DNA from: a virus
Taxonomy: Duplodnaviria; Caudoviricetes
Strand: one strand, 5' to 3'
IMG/VR virus record: IMGVR_UViG_3300043672_000039
Coordinates: 9,187-73,186 of that record
DNA length: 64,000 nt
Shown: positions 53,992 to 62,054 of the stretch, piece by piece
Layout: every line of letters begins with the position of its first letter
Numbering within the stretch: the first letter of the stretch is position 1
Position numbers and translations under genes: made by a program
The notes under the pieces: model-generated
What the model saw: the letters and a program-made list of their open reading frames with translations, nothing else
What the model was told of the DNA's origin: nothing
Database searches by the model: none

Positions 53992-54333
53992 ATGTCAGCA
54001 CCAACACCGCCAACACAAAATGTTCGGGCCAAACCCGCTTCCGGCGACACCGATAATAATCTCCTGCGAAAAATCGACGGCATCCTCGCGACTGGCGCGG
54101 GCCTCGGCGGAGTCGATCAGTTTTCCGATACTGCTGCCCATACTGGGCTCTGGGGAATTGTCCACGCAATTACTGATGTCACAATCACGGCGATTGTGTA
54201 TGCGCCGAATACGCAGGCTGGCACGGGGCTCGCGGGGAAGACCCTTTTAGCCGGGGATAGAATCTACGGCGACATCCGGAGTTTTCAAGCTGGCTCCGGC
54301 ACCTTCGAACTTTATCGGTCCGCCGTTCTCTGA
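53992..54333 (+). CDS. Putative virion protein
   Basis: DTDNNLLRKI motif shared with 781..1818. Confidence 0.55.
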   Translation: MSAPTPPTQNVRAKPASGDTDNNLLRKIDGILATGAGLGGVDQFSDTAAHTGLWGIVHAITDVTITAIVYAPNTQAGTGLAGKTLLAGDRIYGDIRSFQAGSGTFELYRSAVL

Positions 54334-54485
54334 TGCAACTGCAAATCCAAAATTTACTTTTCATTGCCGGGACAGTTTTCGGCACTGCGGTTCCTCCGGG
54401 TCCGCCGCCCCCGGGCGATGAGCGAATCACCGAAGCAGGAGAATTTCGGCTCACAGAAGGCAACGATCAACGAGTGATTGAATGA
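54333..54485 (+). CDS. Tiny RxTExG-repeat protein (50 aa, not in ORF track)
   Basis: ...ERITEAGEFRLTEGNDQRVIE, TGATG coupling. Confidence 0.6.
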   Translation: MQLQIQNLLFIAGTVFGTAVPPGPPPPGDERITEAGEFRLTEGNDQRVIE

Positions 54486-54619
54486 AGGACCCGACACCAA
54501 AACCCCCGGCTCCGGAAATAGTTTTGCGCATTACGGAACAAGGAGACGAACTGCGCTTAACGGAAGCAGGAGAGTTGAGGATTCTCGAAACGAAACCAGT
54601 CATACCGAACAAGGAATAA
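54482..54619 (+). CDS. Tiny RxTExG-repeat protein (45 aa, not in ORF track)
   Basis: ...LRITEQGDELRLTEAGELRILE, ATGA coupling. Confidence 0.6.
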   Translation: MKDPTPKPPAPEIVLRITEQGDELRLTEAGELRILETKPVIPNKE

Positions 54620-54623
54620 AATC

Positions 54624-55157
54624 ATGGCTACAAAAAAAATCTCAGAGTTAATCGCCGCCGCAGCGGCAGTCGGAACGGATCAGCATGAAGTCAATCAGGG
54701 CGGAGTCAGCAAGCGGTTGACGAATGCTCAGATTGCGACTTATATGGAGACCGCATTCGCGAGCCTTACGTTGACCGGAGGGGGTATTGCGCTTAATGCC
54801 GACGGGGGGGCCTCGTTCGGCACTGGGCAAGCAACCGTTGATAGCGGCGGCAACATTGCCGCAAAATCCATTTCAATAAATGGCGGTGTCGCTCAGATTT
54901 TTGACACGAGTGCGGCTGAATTCGCGAGCGGTGATATTCTGCTTAACGCCAATGGTTCGGCTAGTTTTGCGGGTGGAATAGTGCAAATTAGCAATGCTGG
55001 TGACGTGACCTTGGTTAACGGGGGGCTCGATGTCGCGAGTGCTATCAATACTGCTTCAGGTTTTTCTTTGGGCGGCACCCCCGGCGTCACACAGGATGTC
55101 GTAATCGGCGGGACAACTTTGCATTTTGAAGGCGGTATTCTCACATCTGTCACATGA
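54624..55157 (+). CDS. Fibre-like virion protein
   Basis: MA.KKISEL...D...VNQGG N-terminus, GxAxFxxG beta repeats, LHFEGGIL C-terminus. Confidence 0.6.
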   Translation: MATKKISELIAAAAAVGTDQHEVNQGGVSKRLTNAQIATYMETAFASLTLTGGGIALNADGGASFGTGQATVDSGGNIAAKSISINGGVAQIFDTSAAEFASGDILLNANGSASFAGGIVQISNAGDVTLVNGGLDVASAINTASGFSLGGTPGVTQDVVIGGTTLHFEGGILTSVT

Positions 55158-56077
55158 AAAAACTTTTCGTTTCCCTCTGTCTCGTCGCGACTCTTTTGGT
55201 CATTCTGCTTACCCCGGATAGACCAGTCGTCGCGTTTCACTCGACCGGCAATAAATATTCCGACGCGCAAGAGCAAGTCGGGCTCGTCTCCTACAAAACC
55301 GCAGAGGGCGCGACGGCGTCCGGCTCCGGTGTTGTCATTCGCCGTGTCTCAATCACCGATGGCAAGCCCCGGTTATTCGTCTGGACCGCGAAGCACGTTG
55401 TCTCCGACATCGACGAAGTATCGTTTAAACGCATACTGCATTACAACGGCACGAAGAAGGGGGAAATGGTTTTTACCGCCAAGGTTTTATTCCGGCTACC
55501 GAATACTGACGCCGCGCTACTCTGGCTCGACGCACCGCCTGAAGCCTTCGCCGCTTCGAGCTTCGCGAATGCTGAGCCTCTCGCGCCCGGCACTGCCGTT
55601 TTTCATGTGGGAAATTTTCTCCGGCAGTTCGACGGATCGGTGTCGCGAGGCATCGTCTCTCAAACTGGCATCAAACCGGAGTCGCCCTTCTGGCCGTGGA
55701 ATCTGACCGACCAAACAGACCTGCGGATACTGCCGGGCTCCTCCGGTGGCCCGATTTTCGATGACGCCTCGGGTAAAGTAATCGGGCTCATTGTCGGCGG
55801 ACCGAATTCCGGAACGCTCGGGGTCGGATGTTTCATCCCGGTTCGAGTATTACTTTCCGATTGTGGGATTTATTCGTGGGCAATCTACGGGGTATTCTGC
55901 CCGAGTGATGAGGCTCTCAGTCTTGCGGCAACGAAGGCGCTGTTACCCAAAGAGGCTGCACCAGAGAAGAAACCAGAAGGCGCAACGCCAGAAAAGCAGA
56001 CGAGCCCCGTCGAAAAGAAGAACACTAATCATTGGCGTCTCCCGTTCTTTCGGCCCCTGCCGACCCCAAGGCCCTGA
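55154..56077 (+). CDS. Exported trypsin-like serine protease (S1)
   Basis: Signal/TM N-terminus, TAKHV, DAALL, PGSSGGP. Confidence 0.9.
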   Translation: MKKLFVSLCLVATLLVILLTPDRPVVAFHSTGNKYSDAQEQVGLVSYKTAEGATASGSGVVIRRVSITDGKPRLFVWTAKHVVSDIDEVSFKRILHYNGTKKGEMVFTAKVLFRLPNTDAALLWLDAPPEAFAASSFANAEPLAPGTAVFHVGNFLRQFDGSVSRGIVSQTGIKPESPFWPWNLTDQTDLRILPGSSGGPIFDDASGKVIGLIVGGPNSGTLGVGCFIPVRVLLSDCGIYSWAIYGVFCPSDEALSLAATKALLPKEAAPEKKPEGATPEKQTSPVEKKNTNHWRLPFFRPLPTPRP

Positions 56078-56252
56078 TCAATCGCTCGGCTTTGTGTTTC
56101 CAGCAATCACATGCGGAGACGTTCAAAGGTGCAACGTGTTTTGGATGTCTCGTAGGAAGATACATCAGCGACCGTCTGAATTTGCAATCCGGCGCGTGCC
56201 GTCCGTATTGCAACGCTTCCGAGAGAATTGATTTGAGGAGAGTCGGTTTCAT
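56025..56252 (-). CDS. Small hypothetical protein
   Basis: H.PDC...C.C motif, ATGA overlap. Confidence 0.5.
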   Translation of the reverse strand: MKPTLLKSILSEALQYGRHAPDCKFRRSLMYLPTRHPKHVAPLNVSACDCWKHKAERLIRALGSAGAERTGDAND

Positions 56253-56443
56253 TTTCTTTTGATCACGATACTTTGGTCTTGATTGTAAATTATTTCGGTG
56301 GGGCATGAGCCGAACAATTTAATTGCGGCGTTGAATGCACTTCGTCGTGATCGTTTCCATTGGGTCACGGCGTGGTCGCGGATAATCGCCCAACGTTTCC
56401 AGTTTAGGTCTGTGCTCGGATAAATTGCGATTCTGTTAATCAT
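56249..56443 (-). CDS. Small hypothetical early protein
   Basis: Directly under a sigma70 promoter. Confidence 0.6.
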   Translation of the reverse strand: MINRIAIYPSTDLNWKRWAIIRDHAVTQWKRSRRSAFNAAIKLFGSCPTEIIYNQDQSIVIKRK

Positions 56444-56449
56444 GCCTTC

Positions 56450-56478
56450 AAATTAGCACATCGCCAAACTCTTGTCAA
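56450..56478 (-). promoter_or_regulatory. sigma70-type promoter, leaderless
   Basis: TTGACA-N17-TAATTT (TG extension), then N6-ATG 56443. Similar to the 39996 promoter. Confidence 0.8.
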
Positions 56479-56481
56479 GGG

Positions 56482-56490
56482 GTGACTGTT
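56482..56490 (+). promoter_or_regulatory. GTGACTGTT motif
   Basis: 7 nt before ATG 56498. Confidence 0.7.
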
Positions 56491-56497
56491 GATTTAT

Positions 56498-56719
56498 ATG
56501 GCCACTCTATCGACCGACAATAAAAACAAACTTCAGCACGCAATCGACGCCATGGTGAAAACCAACGCGACCGAGCTTCCATTCGACGCGACGATTATCG
56601 AGCAGGTCGGCAGAGTTGCCGTCTCCTCGGGCTTCGAGTCCGCGATGAAATTCCAGCAGGATTGCAGGGACAACCCCATTTCCACGCTGCTTCGCTTCGC
56701 CAAGTTTCTCGGCACCTAA
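56498..56719 (+). CDS. Small hypothetical protein
   Basis: ATG 56498 after the motif. Confidence 0.6.
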   Translation: MATLSTDNKNKLQHAIDAMVKTNATELPFDATIIEQVGRVAVSSGFESAMKFQQDCRDNPISTLLRFAKFLGT

Positions 56720-56771
56720 GCTTCGCCCCTAATCCTTCGGATTAGCCGCCCTTATATCTTCATATCGCGAG

Positions 56772-56800
56772 TTGCGTTCGCTCGCGCCTTCTGCTATCGT
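56772..56800 (+). promoter_or_regulatory. sigma70-type promoter, leaderless
   Basis: TTGCGT-N17-TATCGT (TG extension), then N6-ATG 56807. Confidence 0.65.
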
Positions 56801-56806
56801 CCCGGC

Positions 56807-57181
56807 ATGGAAATATTAACTTTGGAAGATATGACTGGGCAATCCGAAAAGGAAGTCTTTGCTCATTTGGTGAAACAGTGGTCGGCCCCGGAGGATATTG
56901 CGAAGACCCACTCGCTTTTGATTGCCTACGAGTCGGTGGGGGACTATGGGTGTGATTCTTCCGGATGGTATCTTCTCCGAGAGAAAAAATCCCGAGCCCT
57001 TTTCGAAGTCAGTGGGTCACATTGCTCGTGCTATGGGTTCGAGGATCAATTCAAACTGGAGCCTACCTCGAAAGAATATCTCCGCTCGGACAAGTTCAGC
57101 ATCTCTTGCGGCGGTTACGATAATGATTCCGTTGGAAACACGGATGCGATTAAGAGATATCTGAAATCCAAACGTCTGTGA
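56807..57181 (+). CDS. Hypothetical protein
   Basis: Y..GDYGCDSSG...L.EV.GSHCSCYG.E motif. Confidence 0.7.
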   Translation: MEILTLEDMTGQSEKEVFAHLVKQWSAPEDIAKTHSLLIAYESVGDYGCDSSGWYLLREKKSRALFEVSGSHCSCYGFEDQFKLEPTSKEYLRSDKFSISCGGYDNDSVGNTDAIKRYLKSKRL

Positions 57182-57531
57182 AAAAATTACTCGCAACATT
57201 TTTCCTGCTCGTCGCGCTCTCGGCTCGCGCCGTCACGCTCGAATGGGATGCCAGCCCGAGCCCGGATGTCGCCGGGTATAACGTTTACTACGGCAGCGAG
57301 AGCGGAATCTACACCGCAATTGTCGATGTCGGCAACGTGAAGCGAGCGATGATTGAAATCTACGAAAAGTCGGTGCTCCGGCACCAGTCAATATTTTTCG
57401 CTGTCACGGCTTACGATATTTGGGGAGTCGAAAGCGATTACTCCAACGAGGTTGAGTGGACGCGGAAAATCGAACGCGAAGCGGAGGTTGACGCCGCAGT
57501 GGAACTGATCCTGAATGAAATTAATCCTTGA
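57178..57531 (+). CDS. Secreted fibronectin type III domain protein
   Basis: Signal peptide, VTLEWD.S...VAGYNVYYG...FAVTAYD..G.ES.YSNEV. Confidence 0.85.
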   Translation: MKKLLATFFLLVALSARAVTLEWDASPSPDVAGYNVYYGSESGIYTAIVDVGNVKRAMIEIYEKSVLRHQSIFFAVTAYDIWGVESDYSNEVEWTRKIEREAEVDAAVELILNEINP

Positions 57532-57799
57532 AGTTGAATGGGTGCCCGGCGTGAAGGTGACGCAGTTCGCCGACATGCTTCGAGCACTGCTTGAAGCTAA
57601 TCCGCAGTCGATTGAAGCCGCCGTCCCCTGCGTAGAGCAGGCAGGCTTTGTCGCAAAGATCGACCCGCAGGGATTCGATTTGTCGATCCACATGGTTTCC
57701 GATTTCGGCGAGTGCTTGCCAAGTCGAGTTGCCGTGCTGCACAGCCGCGCTCGGACAAGCCGCGAGGAATTCAAAAAACAGGTGGATGTTTTTCTGTGA
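57515..57799 (+). CDS. Hypothetical protein
   Basis: Coupled ORF. Confidence 0.45.
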   Translation: MKLILEVEWVPGVKVTQFADMLRALLEANPQSIEAAVPCVEQAGFVAKIDPQGFDLSIHMVSDFGECLPSRVAVLHSRARTSREEFKKQVDVFL

Positions 57800-58551
57800 A
57801 CGTATTTTCTTATGTCCGGGTTTCCGGGCTCTCGCAAACGGACAAAGATGGACCCCTCCGCCAGAGGGATTCTATTCAGACCTTTTGCAATAAACATCAG
57901 TTGCGTTTAAACGCAGAGTTTTTCGAAGAAGGGGTATCCGGCGAAGTCGATGCCATGGATCGCCCGAAGTTTGCCGACATGCTGGCGAAAATTGCGTTAT
58001 TCCGACGAACGGCGGAAGATACCCGTGGCACCTACGTTCGAGAAATTCTCGGGCACCCATTCGATATCGGGGCTATTGTTGTCGAGCGAATGGATCGGCT
58101 CGCGCGTGATTTGATGGTGTCTGAGTTTTTATTGCGCGAGTGCCGAAAGGTCGGAGTCAAAGTTTTCTGCGCAGATCAGGGCGAGCTAATCGATATGGCT
58201 TCCAATGAGGGAGACCCTACACGCAAAATGCTCCGGCAGATTCTCGGCGCTATCGCAGAATGGGATAAATCGGTCACGGTGCGAAAACTTCGCGCCGCTC
58301 GGCTCCGCCTTCGAAACAACGGGGTTCGATGCGACGGCAAGAAACCTTACGGGTTTTATCCGGGAGAAAAAGAAACCTACGCGAAAATCCGGGATTTGAA
58401 ATCCTCGGGGCTCAGTTTTTCAGAGATTGCTAAGTATCTGAATGCCGGGGGGTTGAAGACCCGGCACGGGAAAATCTGGACCAAGCAAATAGTAAACAAG
58501 ATGCACAACAAAAAAATTATTGTCGCTCCGCCGAAACCCCCCGACTGTTAG
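57796..58551 (+). CDS. Serine recombinase (resolvase/invertase-type with partial recombinase domain)
   Basis: YVRVS...Q, EEGVSG...DRP.F, VERMDRLARD, C-terminal IA..LN..G.KTR.G..W. GTG start 57796. Confidence 0.9.
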   Translation: MNVFSYVRVSGLSQTDKDGPLRQRDSIQTFCNKHQLRLNAEFFEEGVSGEVDAMDRPKFADMLAKIALFRRTAEDTRGTYVREILGHPFDIGAIVVERMDRLARDLMVSEFLLRECRKVGVKVFCADQGELIDMASNEGDPTRKMLRQILGAIAEWDKSVTVRKLRAARLRLRNNGVRCDGKKPYGFYPGEKETYAKIRDLKSSGLSFSEIAKYLNAGGLKTRHGKIWTKQIVNKMHNKKIIVAPPKPPDC

Positions 58552-58554
58552 CAT

Positions 58555-59169
58555 ATGAACGACTTTGCTACGCTGAATGGGACAATTGTTGGAGCCTCTA
58601 TTGTTTTGCGCTGGAGTTTGGCGCACCTTTCTGAAGTCAACGGGAAAACCGTTGTCTCGAATACGGTGCAGCGGTCGCCGACCGGCGTAGAGCAGTGGGT
58701 AACTCTCGCCACATCGACCGGCGCAGATTTTGCCGGTGCGACTTATACTGATCGCGTCCCTGCCGAAGGGGATTTTCAATATCGGCTGGTGCTGATCGTC
58801 GGCATCGCGCCGCACACGGTCACTTTGCACTCGAACATAATTTCGGCGAACTTCGTCACTGCCGTAACATTGACCGGCTCCGTTTCCGGTAGTGTGGTCT
58901 CGCTCGATTGGGGTGGCGCTGGGAACGCGGTCGGGTATGTCGGAGAAGTGGAATCCGCGACCGTCGAACGCAGTGCCGACGCGGGAGTAACCTATTTTCC
59001 GGTGCGGACCCTCAGTGGTCGGCTGGCCTCGGCTTATTCCGAGTCGCTGTCGCAACCCGGCACGTATCTGTATCGGGTCAAAGTCTCGTTCGAGAATCCG
59101 GAGACCCCGGACGCCATTGGGCGTGATCAGGTGCTCACTTCGAATGTGGTCTCTTTGACCGTTTCTTAA
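58555..59169 (+). CDS. Protein with two FN3/Ig-like repeats
   Basis: Two L.G...G..V.L.W...V.RS...Y.D...G.Y.YR units. Variant motif CCGACTGTT 5 nt upstream. Confidence 0.65.
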   Translation: MNDFATLNGTIVGASIVLRWSLAHLSEVNGKTVVSNTVQRSPTGVEQWVTLATSTGADFAGATYTDRVPAEGDFQYRLVLIVGIAPHTVTLHSNIISANFVTAVTLTGSVSGSVVSLDWGGAGNAVGYVGEVESATVERSADAGVTYFPVRTLSGRLASAYSESLSQPGTYLYRVKVSFENPETPDAIGRDQVLTSNVVSLTVS

Positions 59170-59172
59170 TTT

Positions 59173-59248
59173 TGCGGGATGGAGCAGTTGGTAGCTCGTT
59201 TGGCTCATAACCAAAAGGTCGAGGGTTCGAGTCCCTCTCCCGCTACCA
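59173..59248 (+). tRNA. tRNA-Met(CAT), initiator type (fMet), encoded CCA
   Basis: 76-nt cloverleaf, unpaired 1:72 (T.T), A11:T24, anticodon loop CTCATAA. Confidence 0.92.
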
Positions 59249-59251
59249 TTT

Positions 59252-59290
59252 CGCCCGGAAGGAATAAAACCCTTTCGGGCGTCTCTTTTT
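59252..59290 (+). terminator. Rho-independent terminator after tRNA
   Basis: CGCCCGGAAGG...CCTTTCGGGCG stem then TCTCTTTTT. Confidence 0.75.
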
Positions 59291-59292
59291 CG

Positions 59293-59301
59293 GTGACTGT
59301 T
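59293..59301 (+). promoter_or_regulatory. GTGACTGTT motif
   Basis: 7 nt before ATG 59309, just after the terminator, heads the terL operon. Confidence 0.75.
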
Positions 59302-59308
59302 AGATTGA

Positions 59309-59566
59309 ATGCAAGTTCTAACAGTTTACTCCCCCGGCAACTCCCATTTTTACCGCCAGTGGGCTAAAAGCTGGTCTGCGCAAGGCTGGAAGCCCGGAAT
59401 CATCACGCCGAAGGAAATCTCCCGGCACGGCTCCGCGAAGGCCGCAGCGAAGGCCCGGGGTGCCAAGCTGCTTTGCGCCGCAAACCTTTTCAACGTCTCC
59501 TTCCGGCCCCCGCGCAAGACGCCGGACCGAATTCCTAAATCTGCTGCCGTCCGGCTGGTTAAATGA
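59309..59566 (+). CDS. Hypothetical protein
   Basis: W..SW...GW.P motif, coupled to terL. Confidence 0.55.
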   Translation: MQVLTVYSPGNSHFYRQWAKSWSAQGWKPGIITPKEISRHGSAKAAAKARGAKLLCAANLFNVSFRPPRKTPDRIPKSAAVRLVK

Positions 59567-61485
59567 ACGCGCAAGAAAAAGAACTTGCCCGGCTGGTTGC
59601 CAAAAATGTTCACGCTCAAACTGCGTGGATCGCCGCGCAATATATCGCCGATTTTGCTCGCATCTCAATTAGCATTACCTCGGACACCAAGGAGTCGAAA
59701 TACGTTCCGATTCTGCAAAATTATTTGCATGTGCTGCTGGAGAATGACGGCATGGCGGAAGCCGCGCAAATCCTCTGGAGCCCGAACCAGTTTACGCCGG
59801 AGCCTCAATCGGTTCGCGACCTTTGGAAACTGTTCGACGAAACTTCTACCGGGCTCATCATGGGAGCCGCCGCGATGGGAAAATCTTTTTCTCTTGGCGT
59901 TCGATTATTCTTGGAATGGCTGCGCGACCCGGACTGGACGAGCGTCCGCGTGATTGGCCCTTCCGAAGATCATTTGGAGCAAAATCTTTTTTCGCATTTG
60001 GTGAGCTTGCATTCTCACGCGACGCTGCCCATGCCCGGGCAAATCGGAGATTTGTTCATCGGCATGGACCGGCGAAATCAGGTGTCTTCGATACGCGGCA
60101 TCGTAATTCCGAAAGGCAACAACAAGAAGGCCGGTCGTCTGCAAGGTGGGCACCGCAAGCCGCGATTGATGCCGCACCCGAAATTCGGACCGCTCTCTCG
60201 GATGTTTATTTTCGTGGACGAAATCGAAAACGTTCCGCAGGGCATCTGGACTGACGTGGACAACGTTATGTCTGAAATTGGCGACGGCGGGTTCAAAATT
60301 TTCGGCGCTTACAATCCTACGAATCTCGGCGACGAGGTTGCAAAGCGAGTCGAGCCCGAGTTCGGTTTCGAGAACCTGAATGAGGATGAACATTTTCGAT
60401 GGAAGTCAAAACGCGGCTGGGATGTGCTGAGACTCGATGGAGAAAAATCTGAGAACGTGATTCAGGGTCGCATTATATACCCCGGGCTTCAGAACAAAGT
60501 GGGCCTTGAGAAGATCGCGCTCGGCTCTGGTGGTCGCCAATCCGCCGGGTATATGACGATGGGGCGCGGCATGTATCCAAAACAGGGCACGGAAATCACG
60601 GTCATTCCGCCCGGAATGCTTCAGAGAATGCGTGGGGAGGTCATCTGGCTCGATACTCCGCAGCCTGTCGGCGCGACGGACCTTGCGCTCGACGGCGGCG
60701 ATGACGCAATTCAGACCTTCGGCAAGTGGGGGCTCGCGACAGGTGTTAAATTAATCCCGTCTCTTGAACATCCGGAAGGAAAAAAATTTATGTTCAAGAA
60801 CGAGAAGGGAGTCAGCACGCCGCGCTGGTGTCTGGAGGCAACGCGCCAGTTTGCGCTGCCCAAGGGAGACACGGTTGCGATGAAAAATTCCGTCATCGAC
60901 GTGAATAAAAAGGCTGGAGTGCGCCCGGAATTTTATGCGTGCGACCGAACTGGGCACGGAGCCGGAGTCGCAGACCTGATTAAGCATGACTGGTCGGCAG
61001 CAATCCACGATGTAAATTATTCTCAGTCTTCGAGCGAAGAAAAAATCATGCTGGAGGACTCGAAGACCTGCTCGGAACAATACGAACGCATGTTCACCGA
61101 ACTTTGGTTTGCACTTCGCGCGTGGGGAGAATTTAATTATCTCGTGCTACACCCCTCCCTCGACATGAGTAAGATAACTCAGCAGCTTACGCAACGCCGT
61201 TTTCGAATCAGCGGAGCCCGGACGAAGGTAGAATCGAAACGGGACTACGAATCGCGCGGTTTCGGATCGCCGAACGAGGCGGATTCACTCACGTTGCTCG
61301 TTCACGCAGCCCGGAAAGGCTCCGGCGCAACTCTCAGCATGCACGGGGAAGGCGTGATACCGTCTTCGACGTGGGATGATGAATGGCCTATGGACGGAAT
61401 GAATGGCGGTGCGAAGATCGACGTAACAAATCGTTCCGATTGGCTCGATGATCGCCCGGATTCAGATGCTTTGCCGATTTTATGA
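59563..61485 (+). CDS. terL: Terminase large subunit
   Basis: Walker A GAAAMGKS, Walker B IFVDE, GAYNP, RNase H-like DLALDGGD, DRTG.G, SPNEADS. Confidence 0.9.
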   Translation: MNAQEKELARLVAKNVHAQTAWIAAQYIADFARISISITSDTKESKYVPILQNYLHVLLENDGMAEAAQILWSPNQFTPEPQSVRDLWKLFDETSTGLIMGAAAMGKSFSLGVRLFLEWLRDPDWTSVRVIGPSEDHLEQNLFSHLVSLHSHATLPMPGQIGDLFIGMDRRNQVSSIRGIVIPKGNNKKAGRLQGGHRKPRLMPHPKFGPLSRMFIFVDEIENVPQGIWTDVDNVMSEIGDGGFKIFGAYNPTNLGDEVAKRVEPEFGFENLNEDEHFRWKSKRGWDVLRLDGEKSENVIQGRIIYPGLQNKVGLEKIALGSGGRQSAGYMTMGRGMYPKQGTEITVIPPGMLQRMRGEVIWLDTPQPVGATDLALDGGDDAIQTFGKWGLATGVKLIPSLEHPEGKKFMFKNEKGVSTPRWCLEATRQFALPKGDTVAMKNSVIDVNKKAGVRPEFYACDRTGHGAGVADLIKHDWSAAIHDVNYSQSSSEEKIMLEDSKTCSEQYERMFTELWFALRAWGEFNYLVLHPSLDMSKITQQLTQRRFRISGARTKVESKRDYESRGFGSPNEADSLTLLVHAARKGSGATLSMHGEGVIPSSTWDDEWPMDGMNGGAKIDVTNRSDWLDDRPDSDALPIL

Positions 61486-62054
61486 GACAGATAAACCGAA
61501 ATTTATTTCCGAAAGATGGGTTCGGATTCAAAGAATCGGATGGGGTCCGGATTGGCGCGGATACTTGGGCTGGGGTTATCGTTCGGGTCCGAAATTATCG
61601 CGCTCGAAACGGTTTTCCGCCCGGAAATCCGGAAGAAGAAGTAATGGCGCAGGCATGCAATCGCAATCCGGGATATTGCACGGACGAAAATGCCGCATAT
61701 ACTCATGCAGTCAGCCGCGCTTCGCTGAAAAATCGAGTCCTGCTTTGGTTTTTGGCGATGCGAAAGCGTAAAGCGGATGAGTCTATTCGTATAGTTTCGG
61801 ATCAGGATGCCCGAAACCGGGCGCAGGTCTGCGCGAGTTGCCCGCTCAACCAATCTTTGCCCGAAGGGTGTTCATCCTGTCGCGAAGCGATTGAAGAAAG
61901 CCGTAAACAACTCATCGGGAGCAGATTTGTCGATGCGCGAATCAATTCTTGTGCGGCGCTCGGCGAAGAATTGAACACAACTATCCATCTCGACCTTGTT
62001 CGCGTGGAAAACGGCTCGCTGCCGGGCCACTGTTGGAGAAAGCGAACATCGTGA
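61482..62054 (+). CDS. Cys-rich hypothetical protein
   Basis: RA.VC.SCP.N...C.SC...C...CW. Confidence 0.65.
   Translation: MRQINRNLFPKDGFGFKESDGVRIGADTWAGVIVRVRNYRARNGFPPGNPEEEVMAQACNRNPGYCTDENAAYTHAVSRASLKNRVLLWFLAMRKRKADESIRIVSDQDARNRAQVCASCPLNQSLPEGCSSCREAIEESRKQLIGSRFVDARINSCAALGEELNTTIHLDLVRVENGSLPGHCWRKRTS

Noticed and set aside
59309-59566. Possible glycosyltransferase fragment that would partner gmd (W..SW...GW.P)
   Set aside because: Only 85 aa with no DxD motif, so the resemblance is too weak to call
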